A stretch of DNA of 64,000 nucleotides from Lama guanicoe (GCA_013239625.1 MU054212.1:4198650-4262649), one strand, 5' to 3'. Shown: positions 12,901 through 24,611, counted from the first letter of the stretch. Numbers and translations: made by a program. Notes: generated by a model not told the origin, from the sequence alone.

Positions 12901-14633
12901 ATTACTTATAATCCAACTGTCTCAAAAATATCTTTGCAGTGACATAACAGAAAGCACAAATATAATAATGCCATTCAAATAAAAATAAGAACATTATTGA
13001 AATATAAAATTAGAGAGAGTCAACATAATGCTTTAGGCTAATATATCTCTGCAATTAAGTATTAAATTTAGCTATGGGATTCCCAGCCATGAGAGACAAA
13101 AAGGGAAGTGAGTATTTTCTTCTAATATATGATAGACATTTTTTTTTTCAAGAGAAATGTCTCTGCCACTAAATGATAATGATTAAGTGATTTACGGGTA
13201 GGTCATAGGTCCTTTCATTCCATGAGAATTCCAGACTAGGATCAGGAATGCAGAGAAAATGTATGATTTCTCCTTAACAAAGAAATTTCTGAAAAACCGA
13301 GTTGGATATTTCTGAATCCCATCTGCCATTGTAGAGGCACGGAGGCCAGTTGAGTTAGGGATTCTGTTCAGGGAATGTTGAGATTTGGGGGCTACTGTCT
13401 TTAAGCTGTTGAAAATGGCAACATGCCTCAACAAAATAAAACAAAACAAACAAGGGAATGCTATTTCTTCTTCTTAGTACGTTGTACCTTTTAAAAACGT
13501 ATATATAGATATAAATTGATCATTATAAATACAAGAGAATTCTGGTCTTGCTAACCTTCAGGGTGAAGTTTAAGCTAAAATCCAAATGAACTCACTCTGG
13601 TAAATAACTGAATCTTCCTAATATGAACTTTGTAGAAGTGCACAGTGGACTCCTTAAGCATCTGTCATTGTGTAAATTACATTAGCCCTATCAGTCTAAT
13701 ACCATCTGCTAAGATTCAGACTACGTGGTTCGGGGAGAAAAGGGCACACACTCCTTCCTATACAGGGAAGTACATAGAGGTGCCCTGTGGAGACCAGAGG
13801 CACAGTGTACTCATTTGGGGGCACTGTTTGGATAGAGTGAACATTGTTGTTTCAAGTCTTAGTCAAATAATTTCTCCAATCAAGAGATTCAAGATTACTT
13901 TGCTGTAGATCAGTCAGATTTTTGAAGACTAAAAAGATCCTGCTATGCTAGTCTGGTTGGTGAGTTCGTTTTAAAAAACAGACAGATCTGCATCCATTTC
14001 ACACTAAAGTCTGACTGTTTTGTCTGCTCTATGTCATCATTTCCTGTTTTCAAAGAGAAGGTCAGGGTCTCCCCTCACGCGGAAAGGAATGGTGGAGATC
14101 TGGGGAATCGTGGTGTAACCAGTTTGGTTTAAGCATTTTGTATTTTGTCATTGACTAAGATACCATCTTCTCAAATGAGCATGAGTTAAATGAGCATGAT
14201 TAAATTCTTTAGCCACCTCTGGTCGAGTGGAGAGTGCTTCTGTATTTTCTTTTGTCTATTGGAGATTATCCAAAAATTAGAACTGATTTCTCCTATCTAT
14301 ATAGATAGTGAGATAAATATTCTATCTTATTTTGTCACTGTAGATTGATGAGGAAGTTAGATTGATAGACAACGTCTACTGTATAGTCACCACTGTTAAT
14401 GTCGCAGAAAACTATACCCAACAAAAGCCTGTCTGCAGAAAAAAACAGCAAACGCCTTGAGACACGTTTGCAGACATCGAACTGTTGTGAAAGTTGAAGC
14501 AAACATTCTTTGTCCTATGCACCCTTCATTCTCAATTTTGTTCTGAATACAACAGAACAAGCTCTGGCAATGAGCCGCTCACTCTAACATGCCCTTCAGA
14601 TTATTGTGGGCAGTTCTACAAGCACAGAGTTTA

Positions 14634-14677
14634 TCTTTGTACTTTTTAAGAAAAGTTCTATTGAAGTATAGTTGACT
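14634..14677 (-). mobile_element. Minimal L1 3' terminus with degenerate 17-bp TSD
   Basis: 'attgaagtatagttgact' is the antisense L1 terminus; flanked by TACAAGCACAGAGTTTA (14617-14633) and TACAAGCATAGAATTTA (14678-14694). Confidence 0.75.
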
Positions 14678-14880
14678 TACAAGCATAGAATTTAGAATCA
14701 GAAGGGTTTGATTTTGTTATTTACTAGCTTGTGTAACCATAGGAAATATGCTTGAATGCCTCCTCAGTCTTCACATGTGTAAAATAGGAATAACAATTTA
14801 CACCTTAAAGTTTTGCTGCATTAAATACGATAATGTGTGTAAAGTGTTTAGTATCTGTAGCAGGCATTCAAATATAATAG
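14678..14880 (+). mobile_element. MIR (head interrupted by the L1 micro-insertion)
   Basis: 'tttactagcttgtgtaaccatagg...cctcagtcttcacatgtgtaaaataggaataacaa...taatgtgtgtaaagtgtttag'. Confidence 0.8.
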
Positions 14881-14899
14881 TTCCCCCTGGGTTTTTTTT

Positions 14900-15145
14900 T
14901 TTAATCATAGCTTTCCATAGAATTAATCAAATAAACATAATGATATAAGAATAAAACCTCAGAGTATGTGTTGATACCTGGAGGAGTAAGCAACAAACTG
15001 GAAACAGTGATCTCCTCTGAGAAGTGACCCTGGGGACTGTGTCTGGAGGGGAGAGGGTGTTTGTTTTGTTTCATGTTCCAGTTTTCTACAGTGAGAATGC
15101 AGGTTGGTATAATTTGTGCGTAAAAGTGCACGATAAAAATAATCA
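14900..15145 (+). mobile_element. L1ME-like 3' end fragment
   Basis: 'aaactggaaacagtgatctcctctgagaag...ttttctacagtgagaatg'. Confidence 0.5.
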
Positions 15146-15534
15146 CAGAAATATATCCTTACCATTTTAATACCAAAGTAAGAGATGCATTGGAAAAATC
15201 TTACTCTGATGTACATTTCTATTTACTAAAATGTGAGCATCTGGGAATTCAGTGGCCAATATACCAGTGTTTCTTGCACTAGTGATTTTCTTTATTATGT
15301 GATGCAAAGTTCCATTACCTTTGAAGTTGTGGATTGTGTCATAATGCACATATAAGTACCTTTCATTTTCCATAGAAAGGAAGTGAAAAGTAAATAGTTT
15401 TGAAATACTGTAATATTACATTTCAGTGACAGTATTGGTTAAAATATAGTTTCTGATGATAAGCCTATAATAAGAATGTTTTAAGGAAATAGCATGTGAA
15501 AGTACAAAACATTGATTTTTTTTTGACATTGGCC

Positions 15535-15663
15535 TTTATTTATTTTTAAATTGTAGTAAAATCTATAACAAAATTTACTCTATCAATTGTTTTTAAGTGT
15601 AGAATACAGTGACATTCATTATATTCATAATGTTGTGTAGCCATCACCACTATTTCTAAATCT
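15535..15663 (-). mobile_element. L1MB-like 3' terminus
   Basis: 'aattgtagtaaaat...aaaatttac...tttttaagtgtagaatacagtgacatt...atattcataatgttgtgtagccatcaccactat'. Confidence 0.8.
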
Positions 15664-15830
15664 NNNNNNNNNNNNNNNNNNNNNNNNNNNNNNNNNNNNN
15701 NNNNNNNNNNNNNNNNNNNNNNNNNNNNNNNNNNNNNNNNNNNNNNNNNNNNNNNNNNNNNNNNNNNNNNNNNNNNNNNNNNNNNNNNNNNNNNNNNNNN
15801 NNNNNNNNNNNNNNNNNNNNNNNNNNNNNT
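15664..15830. other. Assembly gap (N run)
   Basis: Ns in sequence. Confidence 1.
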
Positions 15831-15986
15831 TAGGCTGTTTCCATGTATTAGGCTTTGTAAATAGCGCTGCTATGAACATTGGGGTACAGGTGTCTTTCTG
15901 AATTAAAGTTCCCTCTGGATATATGCCCAGGAGTGGGATTGCTGGATCATACGGAAAACAGTATGGAGATTCCTCAAAAGACTAAG
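15831..15986 (-). mobile_element. Young L1 (ORF2 C-terminal region) with 5' inversion
   Basis: 15831-15951 is antisense L1 (MFIAALFT..TWKQP motif in the ORF track); 15952-15986 is the upstream L1 segment ggaaaacagtatggagattcctcaaaagactaag in sense orientation. Confidence 0.85.
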
Positions 15987-16098
15987 CATGGATTTACCAC
16001 ATTTTTTACTTTAGTTCCTTATCCAATTCTCTCTCACCTCTCCCTTCTGAGGCACATCTACTCCAGACTCTGAGTTGTTCACTAGCAATTTCAGACAT

Positions 16099-16156
16099 CA
16101 TCATTTGAGAGTATATTCGCTTTTAAAAAATAAAGAGAATATACTCTCAAATGATG
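16099..16156. repeat. Perfect 20-bp inverted repeat with 18-nt spacer
   Basis: CATCATTTGAGAGTATATTC (16099-16118) and its exact reverse complement GAATATACTCTCAAATGATG (16137-16156). Confidence 0.95.
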
Positions 16157-19100
16157 TAAAAACAGATTGATAAACTGACATCAGTTTTTCTCCTTATAAT
16201 TTATTTCTTTAAAGCCCTCTCCTTTAAAATATACATAATTGCCCATCTTTCTGTCTGTCTGTCATCTAGCCAGCTATTTGTGTATCCACGTGTCCATCCA
16301 TCCATTCATTAAGCACTGCTGCATAGGATTGTGCGTTGCAAAAAATGGAAAATTCTCCATGATGAGGGGGTGAAGGATGCCGTGACCCAGACCAAATGCC
16401 ATGCCAAGCTGTCAACCCGAATCCACCAGGAGAGAGAGGATCTTTTCTCTTTGCACAGTGCCACTGTGTATTCAGAATTTCCTCTTAGGCCCTAGGAAAA
16501 CAGAGTTCTAGAGGGAAGAATCTTTAAAAGAGAAAGAGCTAGAGATAAAAAAAGATTCTGGTTGTTTTGGGAGGGGTATTTGTTTGTTCGTTTACTGTTT
16601 CAATTTATAGGAAAAAGTTTTGCGATTATAGAGGGTAATATCAAACCAATTGTGCACTTCAGGATCTTATGTCCAAAACAGCATTAATTTGTAAGAAGAT
16701 TTTACTAGTGATTTTTTTTAAAAGTTTCTAATTATTTATTTGTTGGTACTCCTTGAAGTAAGTGGTCATTCTACCCACATTTGTACAGGAAGCTTTTCCC
16801 CTTCTATGTCATGTCTGTTGACCTGACCATTTATGACATGGACAGAGTATAGGCAGAGTCAGAATTTGGGCTTTATCTTCTTGGAGCCTCAGTTCCAGGG
16901 GTCAGTTTGTAAGAAGAGAAGACAAGCTGAGTGAGAGCTGGTGATGGCCGCAGCAGCGTGAAGGCTGTGGTGCCATCCCCGGGGGAGGACGCAGTCTCTC
17001 TGCTTTAATTACGGGATGTGGGTCCTAGGAGAGGAGAGGTGTTACTTCCATCCAAAAAGCTTTGTATCATGTTCATATTTTTGAGACAGTTACTCATTTT
17101 TTATTTTCTCTTTTTGTTTTCTTTGGCAAACATTCTATTCTGCCAGCATGAAGCTTCATCAATTGAAGAAAAATGTCTTCTGAATATGCTCCATGAGTTT
17201 AAAAATCATGCTGGATAAACTCGTAAAGCGAACATCTCTTTTAGAGGGATTTTATAGGATTTTAAGAGAAAACTGTGGGTTTGATTAGCCATTTCCTGTT
17301 ATAGATGGTATATTTTCAGGTTTCACATCATTAAAGAAGTGATGCAGATTGTGCTGCCTTCTAAGTGACCTTCCGTCAATAGAGTGTGCTCCATGTGTAC
17401 AGATGATCCTTTCCAGCAGTTTCCTTGTCAAAGGGGAAAGGACATGTACCTCAGCTCATTGCATATAATCTGTTGCATTTCAGGCAAATGAATTTCCTCC
17501 AGTTTGTTTCAGTGCTGATACGTTTTTATCTGCATGGCTTTAGTGCCGTAAGTGAACATTAGGCCTCTTTAAAAAATGATGGGGGATAATGAATGCTTTA
17601 GAAATTTGTTTTGCCGAAGTGAACTGATGGCAGAGGAACACATGGTGAAATATATTTTTAATTAATTTTCAACAATGTGAAATGTTTTTCCTTATTTTCA
17701 TATTTAATGCTCTTGATCGAGCTCAGTGAAGAGTCTTCTCAGCAAGCACACAGCATTTTGCATAATAACACATGACTAATTTTATGGGCGATATATATCA
17801 GTATTTGTAAGCAATATTTTTACTATAGGAGTCTTGGAACTTTGTTTATGATTCTTTACATCTTCAAATGGAAAATACTTTTCTCTCCCTCTCTTAAATT
17901 AGGAGATTGCCACCATTAAACTTTCCCATTCTATTGTGTTTTTTTTTTAATTGGCAAGAATTTGGAGATGATTTGGCTGATTTAGGTTAAGACTAGCTTA
18001 AAGACAAATAGGATATTGGACACCCAACCTTAAAGATTTAATTGTTTAACCACAGGCAGCTCAGTGTCATTATATTTGAGGAGCTATGACATGCAAAATA
18101 AATCAACTCATATTGAATATACATAGTTACATACACATTAGAGATTAAGGTGAGGCTAGATTTTCCACTACCATGGATAACTCCATTTCTCCTGGAGACC
18201 AGCTAGATTATACCCTGCACACCTGCCTTTGTCACTTCCATCATTAAAGAAAAGGAAACACAGCACAGTATTGCCCAGTGCCTCTTCATTTACCGTTTTG
18301 CTTACTGTTGCCTTGTTGTATCACTCAGTTTGCAGGAATTGAAAATTGCTTGTTATCAGAAATGATGCAGGAAAAAGATGTCATTTAGAGTTGTTAGCTC
18401 AGGGTACTTGCCTCTTTTAATGAAAGATGGGTACGCACACACAAAGGGATTGATTAACACTCTTCTGGAATTCAGACTCTATGGTAGATGGTATTTTCAG
18501 ATCTGAGTGTCCCCAGTGTTCTGGTTATGAGTAGAATTTTTGGAAGAGGAGTTCTGGCAATGTGATTGAAAGACACCCAAAGCACCTGAATCAACAGCAA
18601 CCTGACTTGTTATAAAGATGAAGGCTACTGCTGGCATTTGTATTAAAAGCACGGTACATTGTAATTCAGAGGATGCCACCTGGTCTGCAGACCCAGCCTT
18701 AGTTTTCCTTCTGTTGACCCAATCACATAAGGTAATTTTTTCTGGTTGAGAAGACTTGCATTCCCTCCGGCTTGGGCAGCTCTGCGAAGAGCTGCCAGCA
18801 TGCTCAGCCTCCTGATCTAGAAATCAAAACTGTGTAGACCTTAGGCATGCCTCGACTAACAAGAACTGTGAACTGCAAATTGACTGTCCGCCAACTAGGT
18901 ATGGTAAGTTGGATAAAGGTTCACATCGCACTTTCTACTGAGAGAAGCACTCGGACGTAGAACCCGTGCTCGAGACTCCTGTGACAGGATATTAAAAGCA
19001 CTCAACTAGAAGGAGATTTTCTTCACCAGCTTCTAATGTTTGCACCTCACAGGTTGGAAAGCCAGCTTACATTCCACCTCACCGCGAACATCAGCTGTCC

Positions 19101-19182
19101 TGTGGTGTTTGCCTCTGGCTGGAGTCAGTGTTCTGAGTTGATTATCAGATGGTCTGCCAGCCCGTTAGTGCAATACTGAAGA

Positions 19183-19317
19183 CACAGTCAGGCGGCAACG
19201 AACAGGCTGAAAAAGTTGAGATGGTATTTTTTTTTTTTAGCACAGTCAGGCGGCAACGAACAGGCTGAAAAAGCATCTCACACTTGGAAAATGTTGACAT
19301 GGTATTTTTTTTTTTAG
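19183..19317. repeat. Imperfect tandem duplication (A-B-A-x-B)
   Basis: 33-bp CACAGTCAGGCGGCAACGAACAGGCTGAAAAAG at 19183-19215 and 19241-19273; TTGA(G/C)ATGGTA-T11/12-AG at 19216-19240 and 19294-19317. Confidence 0.95.
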
Positions 19318-19377
19318 CAAAAAATAGATAAGTAAAATGTAGAAAGTGAACCAGAGCTGTATTAAAGTGTTTTAGGA

Positions 19378-19430
19378 TTTTTTCTTTTCTTTCTTCTTCT
19401 TTTTTTTTTCCCTTCCTCTTGTCTCTGCAG
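19378..19430 (+). promoter_or_regulatory. Candidate 3' splice acceptor
   Basis: About 43-nt pure pyrimidine tract, then gtctctgcAG|G; no transcript evidence available. Confidence 0.35.
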
Positions 19431-19533
19431 GGATCGTGATCCCAAGCTGAGATACATAGATGTATCTGGTATTTAGGCTTGACCGCCACCTTGGGCGCTT
19501 CATAGATGAGGTCCCACTGCATTTCCTATTTCC

Positions 19534-19572
19534 TGTGTGTGTGTTTGTGTGTGTGTGTGTGTGCGCGCGTGC
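19534..19572. repeat. (TG)n-(CG)n microsatellite
   Basis: tgtgtgtgtgtttgtgtgtgtgtgtgtgtgcgcgcgtgc. Confidence 0.95.
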
Positions 19573-19774
19573 TCGCACTGGGTCACCCTTCACCAGTCTC
19601 CTCACCTGACCTTCTGAGATGTCTACTGCTCTTACACTAAAGGTTACTGGCTTCTCTCTTGCTGGAGGGAGACAATTCGATTCCCCCATAATGGTGCGAG
19701 AACATTAAGTTAAGAATTGCAGGAGAACTTGAATGTAGAAAATAAACCTTCCCTTCAAATATCTTCTATTTCTT

Positions 19775-19873
19775 TCTCTTTTTTTTAATGGAGGTACTGG
19801 GGATTGAACCCAGGACCTCACGCGTGCTACGCATGCGCTCTGCCCCTGAGCTATACCACCACCCTCTGCCCCT
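19775..19873 (-). mobile_element. Vic-1-type SINE (short form) with 13-bp TSD
   Basis: Minus strand GGTATAGCTCAGGGGCAGAGCGCATG...GGTCCTGGGTTCAATCCCCAGTACCTCCATTAAAAAAAA; TSD TCTTCTATTTCTT at 19762-19774 and 19874-19886. Confidence 0.92.
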
Positions 19874-22800
19874 TCTTCTATTTCTTAATGGGTTTCTTTG
19901 ACATACTACTTGAAAGGGAAGTTGAACAGTTGCCATGAGCCTTTTATTCCTCCATTCCTTTTAGGGTTCCAAGCTTGGCTATGAGCTTTTTATGAAGGTA
20001 CTTGTCATAAGTTTTGAGTACCGTGTCTGAAGGCCTCCGCACATTTTCCAGCTGTTGTGCGTGCCTTCTCTTGGCACTTCCTTTCTTTAATTATTTCTGG
20101 CTCTGCCTGCCTCCTGTTCTGAGCCACTACCAGAAATAGCCCACTCAACAGCTGGTCTCTGAGGAACAAGACTGCTGAGGATGTTGCCATATGACATCTA
20201 TCCTGCAGGTAGGAGACATCATTTTGGCAGCTTCTAGTTGTGCAGGAGTGGGTTACGTTTACACCACAAACCTGTACTTGGTTGAAAGCCCAAAGAGCTG
20301 CAACTGGCCCGCAGAACACTTGAAAGAACAATTTCTGAGCTCTTCTTTGCCCCAGGAAGTGGTGATGAACATCGCAAGTCACCTGTAAACTTTGCTAGGG
20401 ACTCCAAAGAAGATGAAATCAGGCTGAGAAATTAATTTTTGCTGATCTCCAGACAAGCAACAGTGAGTCTACAAAATGAATGTGTCTATTTTGGGAAGTG
20501 AAGATGAGAATATTTTTAAAAACCTTTTGATTCTTCACTACCCTGCAGTGTAACTCTATGAATCTGCCAAATCCAACTGCATTTCAAAGGAAATTTAGGT
20601 AATAGGTTCTTTCCGAAAAGATAGCAAAGGTTTTTGGTTTATCATCTTTAAAACACACCAGCCACTTTTCATTCTCATCTGTCTCAGGCACTGCTTCCTG
20701 TATGATGTTAGATGCTGCTCAGCTACATGGGGAGTGATTGATAGAAACTTTCTACTTCAAACTGGACTGCCTTACAAGCAGTAGAGTGTGTTGTCCTTTC
20801 TGGAAGTCATATATAGCGGGAAATCTAAGTGTCATCCAGAGCTGCTCTCTTTGCTTAACAACTCTCTCTAGAGAAAAAAAATTAATAAACCATCATGACC
20901 ATCATCCCTGCCATCACCACCGTCATCTTAGAAATTACCCATAATGCTGCACAGGAACAGTCTTCCACCACATCCCTGGGTACCACCTGCCGGAAGTCTG
21001 ACTTTTGTTGTCGGAGCTTTGCCTCTAATTAAATGAATTGCTAAGAAGTCTTAGAAACAGCCTGTTTTTAAAGATCTCATTGGAAAATGAGAAACAAAGT
21101 GCCTTTCAGATTTCATTTCCAGTTCAGAAGTAGGAGAAAATGTCCCATTATTCGAGTGTGCTGCATTTTCTGGTCTAAAAACAGTCTCCAGCAATGACCA
21201 TTGCTGGATAGTACAGAGTGTGAATTTTAAACGTTGCTCCTCACTCGGATACCCGGAGGACCCAGTCAAGGCCCAGCAGGAGCCGGCTTGGCACTGAATG
21301 TTGGACAATAAAATGCGCACAGTGGCAGCTGAACCTCGGGCAGTTTTGAGGCCGCTGGGATGTGTCCTGGTTGTTTTTAAAGTTTATAATTTGCAGTAAG
21401 AGGAACTCTCGTGTTTTCTGGCTCCGTTTAATTACCAAATTGATGTGGGAAATACAAATGAGGATACTAGTATTGGAAGGGAAATGTCTCTCAGAATAAC
21501 AACTGGCATTGAGTCGAAGTCTGCAACTTTTGATTTTAACAATAGGTGTTTGTTCAGGATGGTAGTTTTGCCGGAGGGAGAAAATACATGAAACTCCCAT
21601 GACAAGAAAACCCCTCACCATAACAAGTACAAAATAAAGAGCTACTGACATGATATCAGGATGGGGTGGAAATGGTACATCAGGCCATATGGGAGGCTGT
21701 TTGTTTCTTTAGTTATTTGCTTATGTCTTCTTCCTAGTGTGTCCTGTCTATGGCTTAGCCACTGAAAATAAACTTTAGATTCCCAGACAGGGACCAGCCT
21801 AGATAAAACAGATCTAGAATAGGAATCTGATATTCAGTGCATACTGGACCCATATGACGCCACAGCAAATGATCATTTCCATGAAGATCTGTATAAAATC
21901 AGTTACATGGCATATATAGTGCAAAATGAAAAAAAAAATTTAAAAGATGGCTGTTTTAATCCCATCATGCTACAGGCCTGAGGGAAGTTAAACATTCTTT
22001 GAGGCAGCTTTCTAGTGTCCTTCATTTTGATCTTGATGGAAATTTATGTTGGTGAGAAAAATATCTTTATCTGTTGCAGGAAAACGGTTGCCAGGCCCAA
22101 ACTTAATGATATGGAGGGTTCGAAGAGTGGGTGAAAATGGTCAGGGAGTGGTTTTAATAAAGGTGCATGCAGTGAAGAAAAATTTTGCAGGCTGAATAAA
22201 ATTTCCAAATGCATAATGATTTTAGAAAGCTCTTTACAGGGTTGACACAGACAGCTGCAATTATCTGTCCCTTACCCAATCCACATTGTAGACTGAAAGG
22301 GAATGCACTTTCTTAATTGGATGAACATTTATATTCAGAGTGTTTTAAAGGACTTGCTTCATTTTTAAAATTTTAATTCAAAAACCAGACTATTCTCTGC
22401 TATCAGTTATTATGTGAGCTGCAAAATCCAGGAATATCTATTTCAAGGGCATGTGGAGCTGGCTGTGCTGGCCTCGTTCTTCCTTTTTCCTATCACCATC
22501 CCAAGGAGTTGTTTTAAAAGCCAAGGAAATACAATGAAATGAACATCGTAAATAGAGAACACAGATGGAAGCCCTCCCTAAACACCCAACCCTTCTCCTC
22601 CACCACTTTCTTTAGTTTGGAAATCTGTTGCGCCAGTCAACCTCATCATGTTAAGGTGAACGGCTTATATTATCAGCATGAATTTTCAGGTGAAGGAAAC
22701 GCCCCCTTAGTGTAGAAAGAAATGACAAAGTTGCAAAGAAGAAGAGATGTCTCCTAATTAGATATATTCAGAAATATACCTAGTTGTGAAGAACCTTTCT

Positions 22801-23954
22801 AGGGAAAATAAAGACCCATTAAGTACAATCTGTAGTGAAATCAAATAATAGATGTTTCAGAACAAGATTTTAGATTTCTTCTGTGAAATCTGTATTGCAT
22901 TCAGCTATTGAAACAACTTGATTAGCCATAAAAAGAACATTTTTCCTCTAATATTATCCTTTCATATGCATGTTCTCAGAAGACTAATTTCAGAACATTT
23001 TTTCTGGGAACTGTGCTGTCTTTGAGAAATATTTCCTGCAAGGATTCTTCTGCGAAGTATTCTCTTTCTAAATGCCAAAGCACAGGTGGAATAGAGAGAT
23101 GGTTTACATGAATTTTAAAGTGAGCCAAGAATAGACATTTTTGAGAAAACATCTAATTTAGAAACTTATGGGTATAAATACGAAAGTTATTCTAATAAGA
23201 GTGGGAATTGAAAAATAACAGAAAGGAAAAAAGGAAGTGTTACAGTATCTTTTTTCTGGTTCTCATTGTCCTTTTGATTTGCAGCTGGTTTCCTGGAGAA
23301 ATAATCTCAATTATCATAAAATACTTATGAATGTACCTTAAGTGCAATTGACTGTGTCATTCTTTATTATTATTTTAGACATCTACATGAAATTCTGCCT
23401 TATTGCTGTACCATAACTGATTTTTACAATCCTTGATTCTTGGACACAGAGCTGCTTCCACTTATTCATCAATATAAGTGTTATTGTGAAAAACACAGCA
23501 AGAACACTGCCCTAGAATGAATAATTTTTGAATTTGAATTATTTTCTGGAGATGTGATATTGGACAACTCACTTAATCCCCTTACTTACTTCATTTATAA
23601 ATAAAAACAATGATCCTTACCTTTATCAGGGTCATACTGCAGATCCAGTATGTGGCTATAAGTGACTATCCTTTAAAAACTATGATTCACTGAAATAAAT
23701 GTATTTGTCTCTAGGATAAATCTCTAGGATGACCTATCTATGATAAGGATTATTGGGTGAGAATGGGATATTGTGGGCATGTGCTTTTAAGTTTTAATGA
23801 ATTATAGGGTTCTCTGCTCACTCAGAATTAGAATCACTCAAGAACATAATTGACTAAAGTTAGAACTCATTGGTGGGTAAAGCCAAATTGCTTACTTTCA
23901 CCGTTTATGGTTTTATCTGGCGCCACCAGTAACTTGCAGGATAAGAACTTACAA

Positions 23955-24185
23955 GATAATAACACCTTATGTGTACATATCATTTTGCTATTTACAATGC
24001 ATTTTCACTTACATTGTCTCAATTATTTTTATGAGCTTGTGCAGAAAATTGTACATATTCTTCTAACTTTACATAAAAAAAAGGAAACTAAGGCTCAGAA
24101 AAACTTTTGTATAGAAGTTTATAAAGTTAAAGAGTGGTACAGATGAAGCCTGAACCCAAGACTTAATTTTTTATTCCAGGCTACC
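23955..24185 (-). mobile_element. MIR
   Basis: 'tttacaatgcattttcacttacattgtctca...aaggaaactaaggctcagaaa...aagcctgaacccaagact'. Confidence 0.75.
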
Positions 24186-24611
24186 ACATGGAAGAGACAG
24201 AATCCAAAGTGATGGACGGTCTAATAAGTAAATCTTGAAATATTTCCAAGTCATTTTTATGAGACAGAGTGCATTGCTGTTACAACACACCCAATTCCCA
24301 ACACAAATGCACACCCACCCACACACACACACACAATCCTTTAGAAATTTAATAAATCAAAAGTTTAAATTTATATATATTTAGGACACACATGCAGGAA
24401 CATACTCAAAACACAAATGCTTACTATTTCTTTTAAGAACCTTTTTAATAAAAAAAAATTTAATTTTTCTGATAATTCAATTTAACATATAAAAGTGGTC
24501 ATTGGTCTTTTAATTTGTTTTTATTAAATTCCTAATAATGTTGAACATATTTTCACATATCGTTGATGAGGTTTTTTTTTTTTTTGGTGAATCACCTCAT
24601 CTGTAATACCA

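Noticed and set aside
14293-14308. 16-bp palindrome CTATCTATATAGATAG (also a 9-bp stem at 57298-57320)
   Set aside because: Short or low-complexity; expected about by chance in 64 kb
19775-19873. tRNA-Ala genes (also at 756, 53240, 62289)
   Set aside because: A/B boxes are present, but A-rich tails, TSDs and disrupted stems identify them as SINEs
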